Part shown: piece after piece, positions 20,770 through 30,848 of the stretch
Layout: the number at the start of each line of letters is the position of its first letter
Position numbering within the stretch: position 1 is the stretch's first letter
Origin: an uncultured bacterium
Lineage (GTDB): Bacteria; Bacteroidota; Bacteroidia; Chitinophagales; Chitinophagaceae
Assembly (NCBI GenBank): GCA_966095395.1
Contig: CBHTSW010000016.1
Coordinates: forward strand, 12,113 to 76,112
Length of the DNA: 64,000 nt
Direction: 5' to 3'
The notes under the pieces: generated by a model
What the model was told of the DNA's origin: nothing
The model's input: only the letters and a program-made list of their open reading frames with translations
The model's database searches: none
Program-made: the position numbers and the translations under genes

Positions 20770-21546
20770 TTATGCAACTGTTGCAGGCTGACCCAGCTTT
20801 TTCAAAAATTTATCTAAAATCACATTGAACTCCGCAGGCCGTTCCATCATGGGGGCGTGGCCGCACTGGTCAATGAAATGAAGCTCACTATTTGGTATAA
20901 GCCTGTGAAATTCCCGTGCCACAAAGGGCGGCGTGATGGTATCGTTGTTACCCCAGACCAATAAGGTAGGCTGCTGAATATTATTGAGCTCTTCACCTAA
21001 ATTATTGCGGATGGCACTTTTAGCCAAAGCAATAATTTTAATGACCTTCAAACGATTGCGGGTAATTTCAAAAACTTCATCTACCAGTTCTTTGGTGGCC
21101 ATTTTAGGATCGTAAAAGGTAACTTCTGTTTTCTTTTGTATGTAGTCGTAATCTCCACGGCGCGGATAGGTGTCGCCCATGGCGTTTTCAAATAACCCGG
21201 AGCTTCCTGTAAGGATCAGCGATTTTATCCGTTCGGGATGTTTGAGTACGTAAACAAGTCCCACGTGCCCGCCTAAAGAATTACCTAAGAGGTGTACATT
21301 TTTTAGATCTTTTGTTTCCAGGAATTTAGAAACATACTTGGCTAAACCGCCAACAGTTGTGTGCAAAATATCCAGATCAAACAGGGGCAGCATGGGCACT
21401 ACTACCTTGTATTGCTTGCGAAAATGTTCGATGAGGTCTTTGAAATTACTCAGGGCACCAAACAATCCATGCAATAACACCAGCGGTTCGCCTTCACCTT
21501 CTTCTATGTACTTAAACTTGCCTTGCTCTTTAATCGAATACTGCAT
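20770..21546 (-). CDS. Alpha/beta-fold hydrolase
   Basis: Oxyanion HGLFG and nucleophile elbow GNSLGG, with a C-terminal His region (DQCGHAPMME). Confidence 0.85.
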   Translation of the reverse strand: MQYSIKEQGKFKYIEEGEGEPLVLLHGLFGALSNFKDLIEHFRKQYKVVVPMLPLFDLDILHTTVGGLAKYVSKFLETKDLKNVHLLGNSLGGHVGLVYVLKHPERIKSLILTGSSGLFENAMGDTYPRRGDYDYIQKKTEVTFYDPKMATKELVDEVFEITRNRLKVIKIIALAKSAIRNNLGEELNNIQQPTLLVWGNNDTITPPFVAREFHRLIPNSELHFIDQCGHAPMMERPAEFNVILDKFLKKLGQPATVA

Positions 21547-21609
21547 CGGCTTATTGTTCTAATTTTTGCTAAAATAAACGTTTTACTTCAAACCATTAAG
21601 TCTTCACCT

Positions 21610-22170
21610 TTAATACAAAAAGGAATATTGTGCCGGGTTGCTTTTACCGGAAACGTTTTGAAAGAACTGCAGGAGCTGGTCAAACATATCGCGAAAAATC
21701 GGGATAACCGCTCCCAATCCACTCATGATCTTTGGCCCTATGGGTTGAATAAAAGGATAGGTTGCTGATGCCTGCGTTGTTTCCGGTTTTATAAGTTGCA
21801 GCTGTTGTGCGTAAAACAACACAACGCTAAAAATGAAAAAATAAATCAAAATGTAGAAAAATATCCCCCCTAACCTGTTCAGCCATCCAAGCATAGCAAC
21901 CTGTACTACGCCTTCCAGCATTTTTGCCCCCAGGCGTATGAGCAAGGCGACAATAATAAAAACAACAAAAAAGGCAATGACCGGAAGCCACCGCTGTGAT
22001 ATGTTAACATTGTTACCAATGTATTCTGCCACCGTGGCCGACAGCTTCAATGCAGCCGCCAGGCCCACAATAAATGCCAGGAAAGAAAATACAGCAACGA
22101 TCAATCCATGACGAAAACCTTTGTAAATGGAAAGCAGCAACAAGGCAACTGCAACAATGTCTATCAGCAT
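21610..22170 (-). CDS. CvpA-family membrane protein
   Basis: 4-TM protein with the typical N-terminus MLIDIVAVALLLLSIYKGFRHGLI. Confidence 0.75.
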   Translation of the reverse strand: MLIDIVAVALLLLSIYKGFRHGLIVAVFSFLAFIVGLAAALKLSATVAEYIGNNVNISQRWLPVIAFFVVFIIVALLIRLGAKMLEGVVQVAMLGWLNRLGGIFFYILIYFFIFSVVLFYAQQLQLIKPETTQASATYPFIQPIGPKIMSGLGAVIPIFRDMFDQLLQFFQNVSGKSNPAQYSFLY

Positions 22171-22179
22171 GTGGCCGTA

Positions 22180-22632
22180 TTATTTTGCCAATAATTCTTT
22201 CACGGTTGCTGAAATGGCTTTTCCATCGGCGCGGCCGGCTAGTTTTTTTGTAGCGGCTCCCATCACTTTGCCCATATCGGCGGGAGAAGAAGCCCCGGTT
22301 TCCGCAATAATTTGTTGTAATTCGGCTTTTAATTCTTCGCCGCTTAATTGTTTAGGCAGGAACTTTTCGATCACCGCAATTTCTTCCTGTTCTTTTTGCG
22401 CAAGATCTGTGCGGCTTTGCTGCTGATAAATTTCCAGGGAATCTTTTCGCTGCTTCATCATTTTTTGAAGCAGGGCCAGCTCCTTTTCTTCAGAAACCTC
22501 GCCGGCAGCGCCGGGTTCTGTCTTAGCCTTGATGATCTCTGCCTTAATAGCTCTTAATCCTCTTAACGTGGCCTCATCTTTTGCTTTCATGGCGTCTTTC
22601 ATTTCGGCCATGATCTTTTGTTCAAGGTTCAT
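22180..22632 (-). CDS. GatB/YqeY domain-containing protein
   Basis: 150 aa with the characteristic MKAKDEATLRGLRAIKAEI...LAKKEQEEI...PADMGKVMG pattern. ATG verified at 22630-22632. Confidence 0.85.
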   Translation of the reverse strand: MNLEQKIMAEMKDAMKAKDEATLRGLRAIKAEIIKAKTEPGAAGEVSEEKELALLQKMMKQRKDSLEIYQQQSRTDLAQKEQEEIAVIEKFLPKQLSGEELKAELQQIIAETGASSPADMGKVMGAATKKLAGRADGKAISATVKELLAK

Positions 22633-22640
22633 ATCAAAAT

Positions 22641-22674
22641 TAGTTTATAGTTTATGGTTTGTGGTTTATAGTTG
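22641..22674. repeat. GTTTRTRG-type periodic tract (copy 1)
   Basis: TAGTTTATAGTTTATGGTTTGTGGTTTATAGTTG lies 9 nt upstream of the start codon of the minus-strand gene 22180..22632. Related copies are at 62382-62418 and, inverted, at 62752-62780. Confidence 0.6.
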
Positions 22675-22859
22675 TCGTACACGGCTCACCATTTAATTCA
22701 TTCGTCATTTTTTCTTTGCTCCATTGCTACTCTTCGCAGCACGATGAATGATTACTATAGTTTACTGAAGCCATCCGGTCCAGATAAAAGCCAGCCTTCA
22801 GGTACCTCCTGCTTGTCCATTGACAATTGACCATTAACCATTGGCAATTATCAATCGAA

Positions 22860-23213
22860 CTACTGTTGCAGCTTGTTCTCCTTCATCTGTTGTTGCTGAA
22901 ACTTATCGTAAAACAGTTTGGCAAAGTTCTTCATATCGGTCACCAATTCTGTATTTCGGGTAGCCCTGTCAAATGTATCGGCCATGGTCATTAAGGTCTG
23001 GTAGTAAAAATCAGCCATTTCATCCACCATCATTTTTTGGGTCCACAGATCAATACGCAGAGCGGTTTTGTCAGCGCCATCCCAAAGGGAAAGCATAAAG
23101 GCCTTTGCTTGCTGCGGCTTTTCAATGGTACTTTCGGTTGCTTTCCATTCAATGTTACTGGGAACACGGCCTTCATCCAGTTCCACATCAATCACTATAC
23201 TTGATTTTGCCAT
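22860..23213 (-). CDS. gldC: Gliding motility protein GldC
   Basis: MAKSSIVIDVELDEGRVPSNIEWKATES...LSLWDG...LRIDLWTQKMMVDEM matches my memory of GldC. I chose the start at ATG 23213. Confidence 0.8.
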   Translation of the reverse strand: MAKSSIVIDVELDEGRVPSNIEWKATESTIEKPQQAKAFMLSLWDGADKTALRIDLWTQKMMVDEMADFYYQTLMTMADTFDRATRNTELVTDMKNFAKLFYDKFQQQQMKENKLQQ

Positions 23214-23299
23214 CTTTAAAATTTGAGGCACGAAGGTAAATCAATGTGCAAATGTGGCAATAGGCAATGTGTGAAAGGATTGTTGCCTTCTGAAACCTG

Positions 23300-24430
23300 T
23301 CAGCTTTTTTCTGTTGCTTTTACAATGCTTTCCCACACCAGGCCTGCTGTTCTTTCCCAGGTATACTTTGCCGCGATCACCTTTCCTTTTGCAATTAAAC
23401 TGCTTCGTAAATTTTCATCTTTGTAAATGAGCATTAGTTTATCAGCCATATCCGTGTGGTCGTCTGGACGGAAATACAAGGCGCCGTCTTCGCCCATCTC
23501 CTGCATGGAGGTGTGGACAGAAGTAAGTACAGGCACACCGCATTTCATGGCTTCCAAAACAGGCAGGCCAAAACCCTCGAAAAGGGAAGGGTACACCAGG
23601 GCATAAGCCGCTCCCATGAGTTGCACCACTTCTTCTTCGCTTACCTGATTGGCCAATACCACATCGTCCCGGTACTTGTAGGTTTTTAGCAATGGCAGGA
23701 ATTCCTCATTTTCCGGGGCCAGACTTCCGCACAGCACCAGTTTCATTTCACTTTGCTGGCGTTTTTTAAAAACAGAAAAGGCTTTTAAAAGATTTACCAG
23801 GTTTTTGCGGGGTTCCATCGCTCCTGCATAAAGAAAAAAAGCTTTCTGTTCCGTATACTTTTCTCTTGTCCATACCTGTTGGTCAAAAGAAGTTGGGCGA
23901 AATACTTCTTTAACAGCATGGTACACCACACTTATTTTCTGCGGATCTATTTTATATTGGTGTACAATATCTTCTTTGGAAAATTGAGAAAGGGTTGCAA
24001 TGGCTTTCGCCTTCTTTAAGAATTTCGGTGTAAAGCGTTTGTAAAACCGGTACTGGCTTTTTTTATAGGCTTCGGGCTGATGCAAAAACCCCAGGTCATG
24101 CACCATAAGGCATTGGGGAATTTTAGTGGTGAGGGAACAAAAGCCATCTAAAGAAACAAACACATCAGCTTTAATCTTTTTTAATACAAGGGGCAGTTTT
24201 ATATCAAACCAATATTTCCACAAAATGGGGTGGCGGGCGGGAGGCGACACCACCAGGGGATGAATATTTTCAGGAAAAATAAAATCTCTGCTGTAGGGCT
24301 GGTCGAATAAAAAATAAAACTGGTGTTGCGGGTAGCGTTTGGCCAGTCGTTTAAACACTTCCCGGGTAAAATCACCCATTCCTTCCAGCCTGTCCTTTAC
24401 TAAAAACCTTGTGTTTACCGCAATGATCAT
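23300..24430 (-). CDS. Family-4 (GT-B, GT1-type) glycosyltransferase
   Basis: C-terminal E-x7-E region (PSLFEGFGLPVLEAMKCG). The track start 24439 is TTG, and the first ATG is at 24430 (MIIAVNTRF). Confidence 0.85.
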   Translation of the reverse strand: MIIAVNTRFLVKDRLEGMGDFTREVFKRLAKRYPQHQFYFLFDQPYSRDFIFPENIHPLVVSPPARHPILWKYWFDIKLPLVLKKIKADVFVSLDGFCSLTTKIPQCLMVHDLGFLHQPEAYKKSQYRFYKRFTPKFLKKAKAIATLSQFSKEDIVHQYKIDPQKISVVYHAVKEVFRPTSFDQQVWTREKYTEQKAFFLYAGAMEPRKNLVNLLKAFSVFKKRQQSEMKLVLCGSLAPENEEFLPLLKTYKYRDDVVLANQVSEEEVVQLMGAAYALVYPSLFEGFGLPVLEAMKCGVPVLTSVHTSMQEMGEDGALYFRPDDHTDMADKLMLIYKDENLRSSLIAKGKVIAAKYTWERTAGLVWESIVKATEKS

Positions 24431-24806
24431 GGCTGCCAAAGGTAAATTTTAACCCGCCGATTTTGACAGGAACGTAAAACTCCGTGAAAACTTCCCTGTT
24501 TTTGGCATTAAAATTTATTATTTGTTAAGGCAGCTGTTGCGAACCCTGGAAAAACGAAATCCCTAGTTCTTTATATGGTGGTTACAATTCTTATAGTAAT
24601 GTGGAAGTTGGCGTAAATATTCAACATTATTCTTTCATTTATGGGGAATTTGACGCTTTTTTAAGCACAATACGAATTGGTATCAAGTTTGTACATATAA
24701 GGATGAAGTTATTTGATTCACCCTTAACCATTTTTTCAGACTTGTAAAGACGCCTTGCGTCTCTATCATAAACGACCTCTTAGGTGGAAGAGGATGGTGG
24801 CTTGTA

Positions 24807-24840
24807 AAAGGGGCCTTGGTTCGGGGCCCCTTTCTTTTTT
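24807..24840. terminator. Hairpin terminator downstream of the DUF885 gene (usable on both strands)
   Basis: AAAGGGGCC (24807-24815) pairs with GGCCCCTTT (24825-24833), followed by CTTTTTT on the + strand and a TTTT run on the - strand. It lies about 110 nt past the stop at 24949. Confidence 0.5.
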
Positions 24841-24948
24841 CCGCGGATTAGCCGAATTGGAGCTGGTTTCGCGGATTTTTTATTAATAACCCCCAAGATT
24901 TCGGGAACAGGTTTACGGAGGTAAGCACTTGCTGAACGGCCAGTTGAA

Positions 24949-26745
24949 TTATTTACCTTCCTTTTTTTGGGCCCAGGCATCCATCTTTTGTTCTGCAAGA
25001 TCCAATGGCATGGCGCCATCTTTTAAAAATTCATCATGAAAATCGGAAAGCCTAAACCCAGGCCCTAATTGCTTTTCGTATTTATTTCTTAGCTCACGAA
25101 TCTTTAACGCTCCTACTTTGTACGACAGCGCTTGGCCCGGAATAGCCATATAGCGTTCTATTTCGGCTGTGGCGCCCGCCAGGCTGATCGCTTCGTTATC
25201 CATCATGTACCGGATGGCTTCTTCCCTGGTCATTCCTTTTGCGTGCATACCTACATCCACTACCAAACGGATGGCCCTGTGAATTTCGTCTCCCAACGCG
25301 CCCAGGTACTGGTACGGATCAGTATACAGCCCCAATTCTTTTCCTAAAGATTCGCAATACAAGGCCCACCCTTCCCCGTAGGCACCATACCAGGCATAAC
25401 GGCGGAATTTGGGCAGGCTTTCATTCTCCTGCTGCAAGGAAATCTGGTAGTGGTGTCCCGGGATGGCTTCGTGAAGAAATAAAGATTCCATGCCGGAAGT
25501 AATATTGAATTTGGCAGCATCTATAATGGGGATGTAGAAGATTCCCGGCCGGCTTGCGTCGGCGGTTCCCTGCTGGTATTCGGCGCTGGCCGATGCTGCC
25601 CGGAAGGCTTCTGTCTGGCGGATTTCAAACGGCGTTTTCGGCGTGCGGCCAAACATCGTTTTCAGGCGGGGTTCAATGCGTTGCAGAATGGACCGGAAAG
25701 CCTCCAACACCTCGCCGGGTGTTTTATAAGGCATCAACTTTTTATCGGTTCGCAGGTGTTCAAAAAAAGCGTTCAGATCGCCCTTAAAACCCATGCTGTC
25801 CTTAATGCGTTCCATCTCCAAGCTGATCCGTTTTACTTCTGCTAACCCTGTATGGTAAATTTCATCGGCTGGTTTATTAGTCGTCGTCCAAAAGCGAACA
25901 AAATAGGTATAGGTTTTCGCTCCTTGCGGAAGAGCACTGATTCCTGTTGTATTGCGGGCCTTCGGCAGATATTCATTTTGCAGAAAGGCTGCTAATTTTT
26001 GATAGGAAGGCAACACTTGTGTTTTAATGATTGCCGTCAGCTCCTTTGCCACGGAATCTTTTTCCACCTGCGAAAAACCGGAAGGTAATTTTCGTAACGG
26101 GCCAAAGAATACGCTTTTGGACGTGTCGTCATTGGCAAGGTCTTTCATTTGCGGGATCATTTTTACTACCAACGCTTTGGGCAGTACCATATGGGCGTCC
26201 ATTCCTTTTTTAAAATACACCATAGCCGAATCAGCCCAGGCCGAAAAGAGCCTGGCACGGCTCATCCAGTTTTTGTAATCCTGCACCGTATGGAATGGCT
26301 GGTTTCCCTGGCCCGAGCCCAATTGGCCCATGTCCAAAGGGAAACCCCAAAACTGGTTAAAAGGCATATAATTGGTGTGAAGCTGCAAGCCTTCTAACTG
26401 CATTTCCATCTCATTTTTGAAAACATCATAACTGATGCGGTCATTTTCATCCAGCTCATTACGGCGGTAGCTATTGATGCTGTCAAGATAGTTGCTATAA
26501 AAACGACGCAGTGTGTCTTTAAAAGAATCGGTGAATAAAATGGTCAGCTGATCATTGTAGCGATGATCACCGGTCTGTGTGGCTTCCAAAGGGTATAGAT
26601 GCATCCTGTCTTCCCAGTACCTGTCAAACAGTTTTGCTAACGCCTCATTTCCCTTTTCGCTAGCCCCGAAGGACACCACTTGTGGGTCTGCATTGTTGCA
26701 GGATGCCAAAAAAACAATGGCTGCAAGCAGGAATGTATATCTCAT
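24949..26745 (-). CDS. DUF885-family protein (putative metallopeptidase-like)
   Basis: HEAIPGHHYQ signature, a signal/lipoprotein N-terminus (LLAAIVFLASC) and about 598 aa. The first ATG is at 26745 (the track start is TTG). Confidence 0.8.
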   Translation of the reverse strand: MRYTFLLAAIVFLASCNNADPQVVSFGASEKGNEALAKLFDRYWEDRMHLYPLEATQTGDHRYNDQLTILFTDSFKDTLRRFYSNYLDSINSYRRNELDENDRISYDVFKNEMEMQLEGLQLHTNYMPFNQFWGFPLDMGQLGSGQGNQPFHTVQDYKNWMSRARLFSAWADSAMVYFKKGMDAHMVLPKALVVKMIPQMKDLANDDTSKSVFFGPLRKLPSGFSQVEKDSVAKELTAIIKTQVLPSYQKLAAFLQNEYLPKARNTTGISALPQGAKTYTYFVRFWTTTNKPADEIYHTGLAEVKRISLEMERIKDSMGFKGDLNAFFEHLRTDKKLMPYKTPGEVLEAFRSILQRIEPRLKTMFGRTPKTPFEIRQTEAFRAASASAEYQQGTADASRPGIFYIPIIDAAKFNITSGMESLFLHEAIPGHHYQISLQQENESLPKFRRYAWYGAYGEGWALYCESLGKELGLYTDPYQYLGALGDEIHRAIRLVVDVGMHAKGMTREEAIRYMMDNEAISLAGATAEIERYMAIPGQALSYKVGALKIRELRNKYEKQLGPGFRLSDFHDEFLKDGAMPLDLAEQKMDAWAQKKEGK

Positions 26746-26860
26746 CAATCAATAATTTTTCTAAAAATATTTAAAGCCTGACGTGAAATGAATGTTTTTT
26801 GTCAGGCGGCTGCCGGTGCCACTTAAAAATTATGGACCGGATGCGTGAAATTTGCTGCCT

Positions 26861-27748
26861 ATGATGTTTGACCTAAAAGAATTAACGCCTGCAGAGAAAC
26901 AATATTATTTGCAGCATGTCATTGGCCCACGGCCCATTTGCTTTGCTTCCACCATAGATAAAGAGGGTAATGTCAACCTGAGCCCTTTTAGTTTTTTCAA
27001 TATGTTCTCTTCCCATCCGCCCATTGTTATTTTTTCGCCGGCAAGAAGACTAAGGGACAATACCACCAAACACACGCTGCAAAATATACTTGAAGTACCC
27101 GAAGTTGTGATCAACATGGTCACCTACGATATGGTACAACAAACTTCTTTGGCCAGTTGCGAGTTTCCAAAAGAAGTGGATGAATTCCTCAAAGCCGGGT
27201 TCACCAAAGAGCCGGCCAGCCTGGTAACCCCCCCGATGGTAAAAGAAAGCAGGGCCAAACTGGAATGCAGGGTGCTGGAAGTAAAATCCCTGGGAGAAGA
27301 AGGGGGCGCAGGCAATTTAATAATATGCGAGGTATTGCGTTTACACCTGGACGACGCCCTGCTTACAGAAGATAAAAAAATGGATCAAACCCGGTTGGAA
27401 CTGGTGGCCAGGCTGGGCGGCGACTGGTATTGTAAGGTGTCGAAGGAAAATTTATTTATGGTCCCCAAGCCCAATGTAAAACTGGGCATTGGCATTGATG
27501 CGCTTCCGCAAAGCATTCGTCTCAGTAAAATATTGACCGGGAATCATTTGGGCCAGTTAGCCAATGTACATGAAATGCCTGTAGTAGAACCATCCTTTGA
27601 TGACGAGCATTTAAAAAACATTGTGCAATATTATTCTGTAAATCCCGATGAAATGGAAAAAGAGGTGCACCGGTATGCTGCCAGGTTTTTGGACGAAGGA
27701 AAAGTAGCCGAGGCCTGGCAGGTGTTGTTATTAGCCGAGGTTTTATAA
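26861..27748 (+). CDS. Flavin reductase-like (FMN-binding split-barrel) family protein
   Basis: N-terminal RPICFASTIDKEGNVNLSPFSFFN is typical of flavin-reductase-like domains. ATG is at 26861 (the track start 26852 is TTG). Confidence 0.65.
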   Translation: MMFDLKELTPAEKQYYLQHVIGPRPICFASTIDKEGNVNLSPFSFFNMFSSHPPIVIFSPARRLRDNTTKHTLQNILEVPEVVINMVTYDMVQQTSLASCEFPKEVDEFLKAGFTKEPASLVTPPMVKESRAKLECRVLEVKSLGEEGGAGNLIICEVLRLHLDDALLTEDKKMDQTRLELVARLGGDWYCKVSKENLFMVPKPNVKLGIGIDALPQSIRLSKILTGNHLGQLANVHEMPVVEPSFDDEHLKNIVQYYSVNPDEMEKEVHRYAARFLDEGKVAEAWQVLLLAEVL

Positions 27749-27893
27749 AGGGAAATAATCGTGGGACGGCAGAGGTGAGACAGGGGCAGCGGCCTCTTTC
27801 CTTCTGCCATCCATCCTCCACCACCTGTCATCTGAACAGCCGCTGGATAGCACCTGTTAAGAACTTCTTAGGTAAAGAAATGTTGTTCTGGCC

Positions 27894-28928
27894 TCAGTCA
27901 CAGCTATACGCCATAGCATCCATGTCAATTTTGCGGGGAGCAAATTCGTAGCCATCGTAATACTTTATGATTTCCTGCAACACCTCATCAATTTGTTCCA
28001 CTTCTGAAATGGTTACCAGTTTGAAACGAAAATCTTTGATGTTGGGCAAGCCTCTTAAATAATTAGTATAGTGCCTGCGCATTTCATTGATGCCGGCCTT
28101 TATACCCTTCCATTCCACCGAGCGGTGCAAATGTTGTTGGATGACCTCGACCCTTTGTTGAATGGAAGGCGGCGCCAGATGCTCACCTGTTTTCAAAAAA
28201 TGTTTGATCTCGTTAAAGATCCAGGGATAACCAATAGCGGCACGGCCAATCATGAGGCCATCCACTCCGTACCTGTTTTTAAATTGCAGTGCTTTTTCCG
28301 GCGAGTCAATATCGCCATTACCAAAAATGGGAATTTGAATGCGGGGATTATTTTTCACTTTGGCGATGTGCGTCCAATCGGCGCTGCCCTTGTATAGCTG
28401 GCATCTTGTTCTTCCGTGAATGGCCAGTGCTTTTATGCCCACGTCCTGCAGCCGTTCGGCTACTTCTTCTATGTTAATGCTGTTATCGTCCCAGCCCAAT
28501 CTTGTTTTTACGGTAACCGGCAGCGAAGTAGAATTGACCACCGCTTTGGTAAGCCGCACCATCAGGTCAATGTCTTTCAATACGGCAGCACCGGCTCCCT
28601 TTGTCACCACTTTTTTTACAGGACAACCAAAGTTGATGTCGAGCAGATCGGGGTTCACCGCATCCACAATTTTAGCACTCAGGGCCATGGCTTCTTCATC
28701 GCCGCCAAAGATCTGAATGCCCACCGGGCGTTCGCTATCAAATATGTCCAGCTTTTGCCGGCTTTTAATGGCATCCCGGATCAATCCTTCGCTGCTAATA
28801 AATTCTGTGTACATCAAATCGGCGCCGTTGGCTTTGCATACGGCACGAAAGGGCGGGTCGCTTACATCTTCCATAGGTGCTAAAAGCAATGGAAAAGCAG
28901 GGAGCGATATGTTAGCAATTTTTACCAA
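27894..28928 (-). CDS. dusB: tRNA-dihydrouridine synthase
   Basis: LAPMEDVSDPPFR, DINFGCP and HGRTR motifs of the Dus family, 344 aa. The start appears to be TTG at 28928. Confidence 0.88.
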   Translation of the reverse strand: MVKIANISLPAFPLLLAPMEDVSDPPFRAVCKANGADLMYTEFISSEGLIRDAIKSRQKLDIFDSERPVGIQIFGGDEEAMALSAKIVDAVNPDLLDINFGCPVKKVVTKGAGAAVLKDIDLMVRLTKAVVNSTSLPVTVKTRLGWDDNSINIEEVAERLQDVGIKALAIHGRTRCQLYKGSADWTHIAKVKNNPRIQIPIFGNGDIDSPEKALQFKNRYGVDGLMIGRAAIGYPWIFNEIKHFLKTGEHLAPPSIQQRVEVIQQHLHRSVEWKGIKAGINEMRRHYTNYLRGLPNIKDFRFKLVTISEVEQIDEVLQEIIKYYDGYEFAPRKIDMDAMAYSCD

Positions 28929-29004
28929 TCTGTATTATTTATCAGGACTTATCTTGCAGAGCCGCAAAAGCGGGGCAAATTTACAATTCAGAAAGCAAGG
29001 ACTT

Positions 29005-29961
29005 ATGCAAACATATCTTAAATCGAGGCCAATAGGAATACAATTGCTGTTGTTTATAGGAATGGCCTTTGGAATTTTTATGGTTTTAAGCCTTGTTGGA
29101 GTGGCTGTACTTTCCAATATAACCGGCATCAGCCTTTTACAATTACAGGATATAAACAAATGGGACAGCACCAATCCGAACATGATCCTTTTTATACGGG
29201 GCATGTTGCTAATTCAATTTTTAGGTTTATTTGTCATTCCCAGTTTATTGTTTGGTTATTTCTCCGATCCCCAACCGGCTCAATATCTTGGGTTAAGATC
29301 CCCGCATAAAAGCCTTTACTGGGTTTTAGGAGTTGCCGCTCTTTTGGTTTCGATACCATTTGTAGAGTACACGGGTGTTTTAAATCAAAAAATGATCGTG
29401 GGCGGCGATGCCCAAAAATGGATGAAAAGCATGGAAGAAGAAGCGGCCAAGCAAATCCAGTTTATGCTGAGCAAGCATACACCGAAAGAATTATTCCTGA
29501 ACCTGATTTTTATTTCCGTATTTGCCGGTGTGGGTGAAGAGCTTTTTTTCAGAGGTGTCTTACAGCGCCTTTTCATCAAGCTTACCAAAAACCCCTGGGC
29601 GGGCATCATTCTGACTGCCATACTTTTTTCCGGCTTTCATTTTCAGTTTTTTGGATTTTTACCCCGGTTGTTCCTCGGCATTTTATTAGGTGCCCTGTAC
29701 TGGTACAGCGGAAGTTTGTGGACGGCGATCCTGGCGCATTTTGTTTATGATGCCTTGATCATTGTAATGGTCTATGTCAACCCCGAAATGATAAAGGACA
29801 CGAATGCCACCATTGTTGATCCGGCACAACTTAGCATCATGGCCCTGGCCAGCGCAGCAGTGACCTTTGCCATTGTTTGGCAGATGAAAAAGAAAACCAA
29901 AACAAGTTATGCCGCGGTGTATAAAGATGACAACCCGCCCGGGGATCCGTTTCGTTTTTAA
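29005..29961 (+). CDS. CPBP-family intramembrane glutamic endopeptidase (CAAX protease-like)
   Basis: Multi-TM protein with EELFFRG and FHF...H motifs. The upstream 96 codons of track ORF 28717.. are antisense to dusB, so I set the start at ATG 29005 (MQTYLKS). Confidence 0.8.
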   Translation: MQTYLKSRPIGIQLLLFIGMAFGIFMVLSLVGVAVLSNITGISLLQLQDINKWDSTNPNMILFIRGMLLIQFLGLFVIPSLLFGYFSDPQPAQYLGLRSPHKSLYWVLGVAALLVSIPFVEYTGVLNQKMIVGGDAQKWMKSMEEEAAKQIQFMLSKHTPKELFLNLIFISVFAGVGEELFFRGVLQRLFIKLTKNPWAGIILTAILFSGFHFQFFGFLPRLFLGILLGALYWYSGSLWTAILAHFVYDALIIVMVYVNPEMIKDTNATIVDPAQLSIMALASAAVTFAIVWQMKKKTKTSYAAVYKDDNPPGDPFRF

Positions 29962-29984
29962 TTTGTTAATTGAATATTCAGCGC

Positions 29985-30848
29985 ATGGCATTTAACTGGC
30001 AAACATTCCGAACAAGAGCTCTTACCGCCATTGTATTTGTAGTAATCATGATGGCCGGCCTGTTGTACAACCGGTGGTCTTTTTTTGTTTTATTTTCCAT
30101 TGTGCATTTCAGCGCCTGGACAGAATACCAAAAACTGGTAGGCCGCTTCAATCCCGACTATCAAAAGATCAGTGCCCCGCACCGCTATGGGATCATGATT
30201 GCCGGGTGGTGCATCATGCTTTTCTTTACCAACGACACCCTGGCAATAGGCTCCGTCATTCTTACCCAACTTGGGTTTTGGATAGGTATTGCGTTCATGG
30301 TTCTTTTGCCGGTAATTATGTTTTGGGAATCGAAGCCGATCTTCCTCAAAAATATTTTCTTTTCTCTTTTTGGCTTATTGTATATATCGCTTCCGCTGGC
30401 TTTATTGACAGACCTGCGAACAAAATGGGAAGAGGCGTCCTATCCATTAGCCATGACCATTCCTTTGCTGATCATTTTTTCCTTGTGGATCAACGATACC
30501 ATGGCCTACATTGTAGGGTCCCTTATCGGTAAAACACCACTGTCCAAAATATCGCCGAAAAAAACATGGGAAGGCACGGCAGGCGGTGTTATACTTACCA
30601 TTACGGCCATTAGTTTGGTAGCGCATTTTACGCAACGCATGGATGTTACAGATGCGGCTATCATGTCCGGGCTGGCAGCCATCACCGGAACGTTTGGCGA
30701 CCTCTTTGAAAGCAAACTGAAACGCATGGCAGGGGTAAAAGACAGCGGCGCTCTTATGCCCGGCCACGGTGGTTTTTTAGACCGTTTCGATTCTCTTTTA
30801 TTTGCCGCAGTTGCCGTTTGGTTTTATGCCGAATGGTTTATAGGCTGA
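29985..30848 (+). CDS. cdsA: Phosphatidate cytidylyltransferase
   Basis: C-terminal signature SKLKRMAGVKDSGALMPGHGGFLDRFDS in a multi-TM protein. ATG is at 29985 (the track start 29970 is TTG). Confidence 0.9.
   Translation: MAFNWQTFRTRALTAIVFVVIMMAGLLYNRWSFFVLFSIVHFSAWTEYQKLVGRFNPDYQKISAPHRYGIMIAGWCIMLFFTNDTLAIGSVILTQLGFWIGIAFMVLLPVIMFWESKPIFLKNIFFSLFGLLYISLPLALLTDLRTKWEEASYPLAMTIPLLIIFSLWINDTMAYIVGSLIGKTPLSKISPKKTWEGTAGGVILTITAISLVAHFTQRMDVTDAAIMSGLAAITGTFGDLFESKLKRMAGVKDSGALMPGHGGFLDRFDSLLFAAVAVWFYAEWFIG

Noticed and set aside
22641-22674. GTTTRTRG periodic tracts as a CRISPR array or satellite
   Set aside because: The units are only 7-8 nt, degenerate and contiguous with no spacers, and each tract is under 40 nt. 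This is not a CRISPR-like architecture.
28717-29004. N-terminal 96-codon extension of the CPBP protease ORF
   Set aside because: The extension is entirely antisense to dusB. The hydrophobic CPBP core begins right after ATG 29005.
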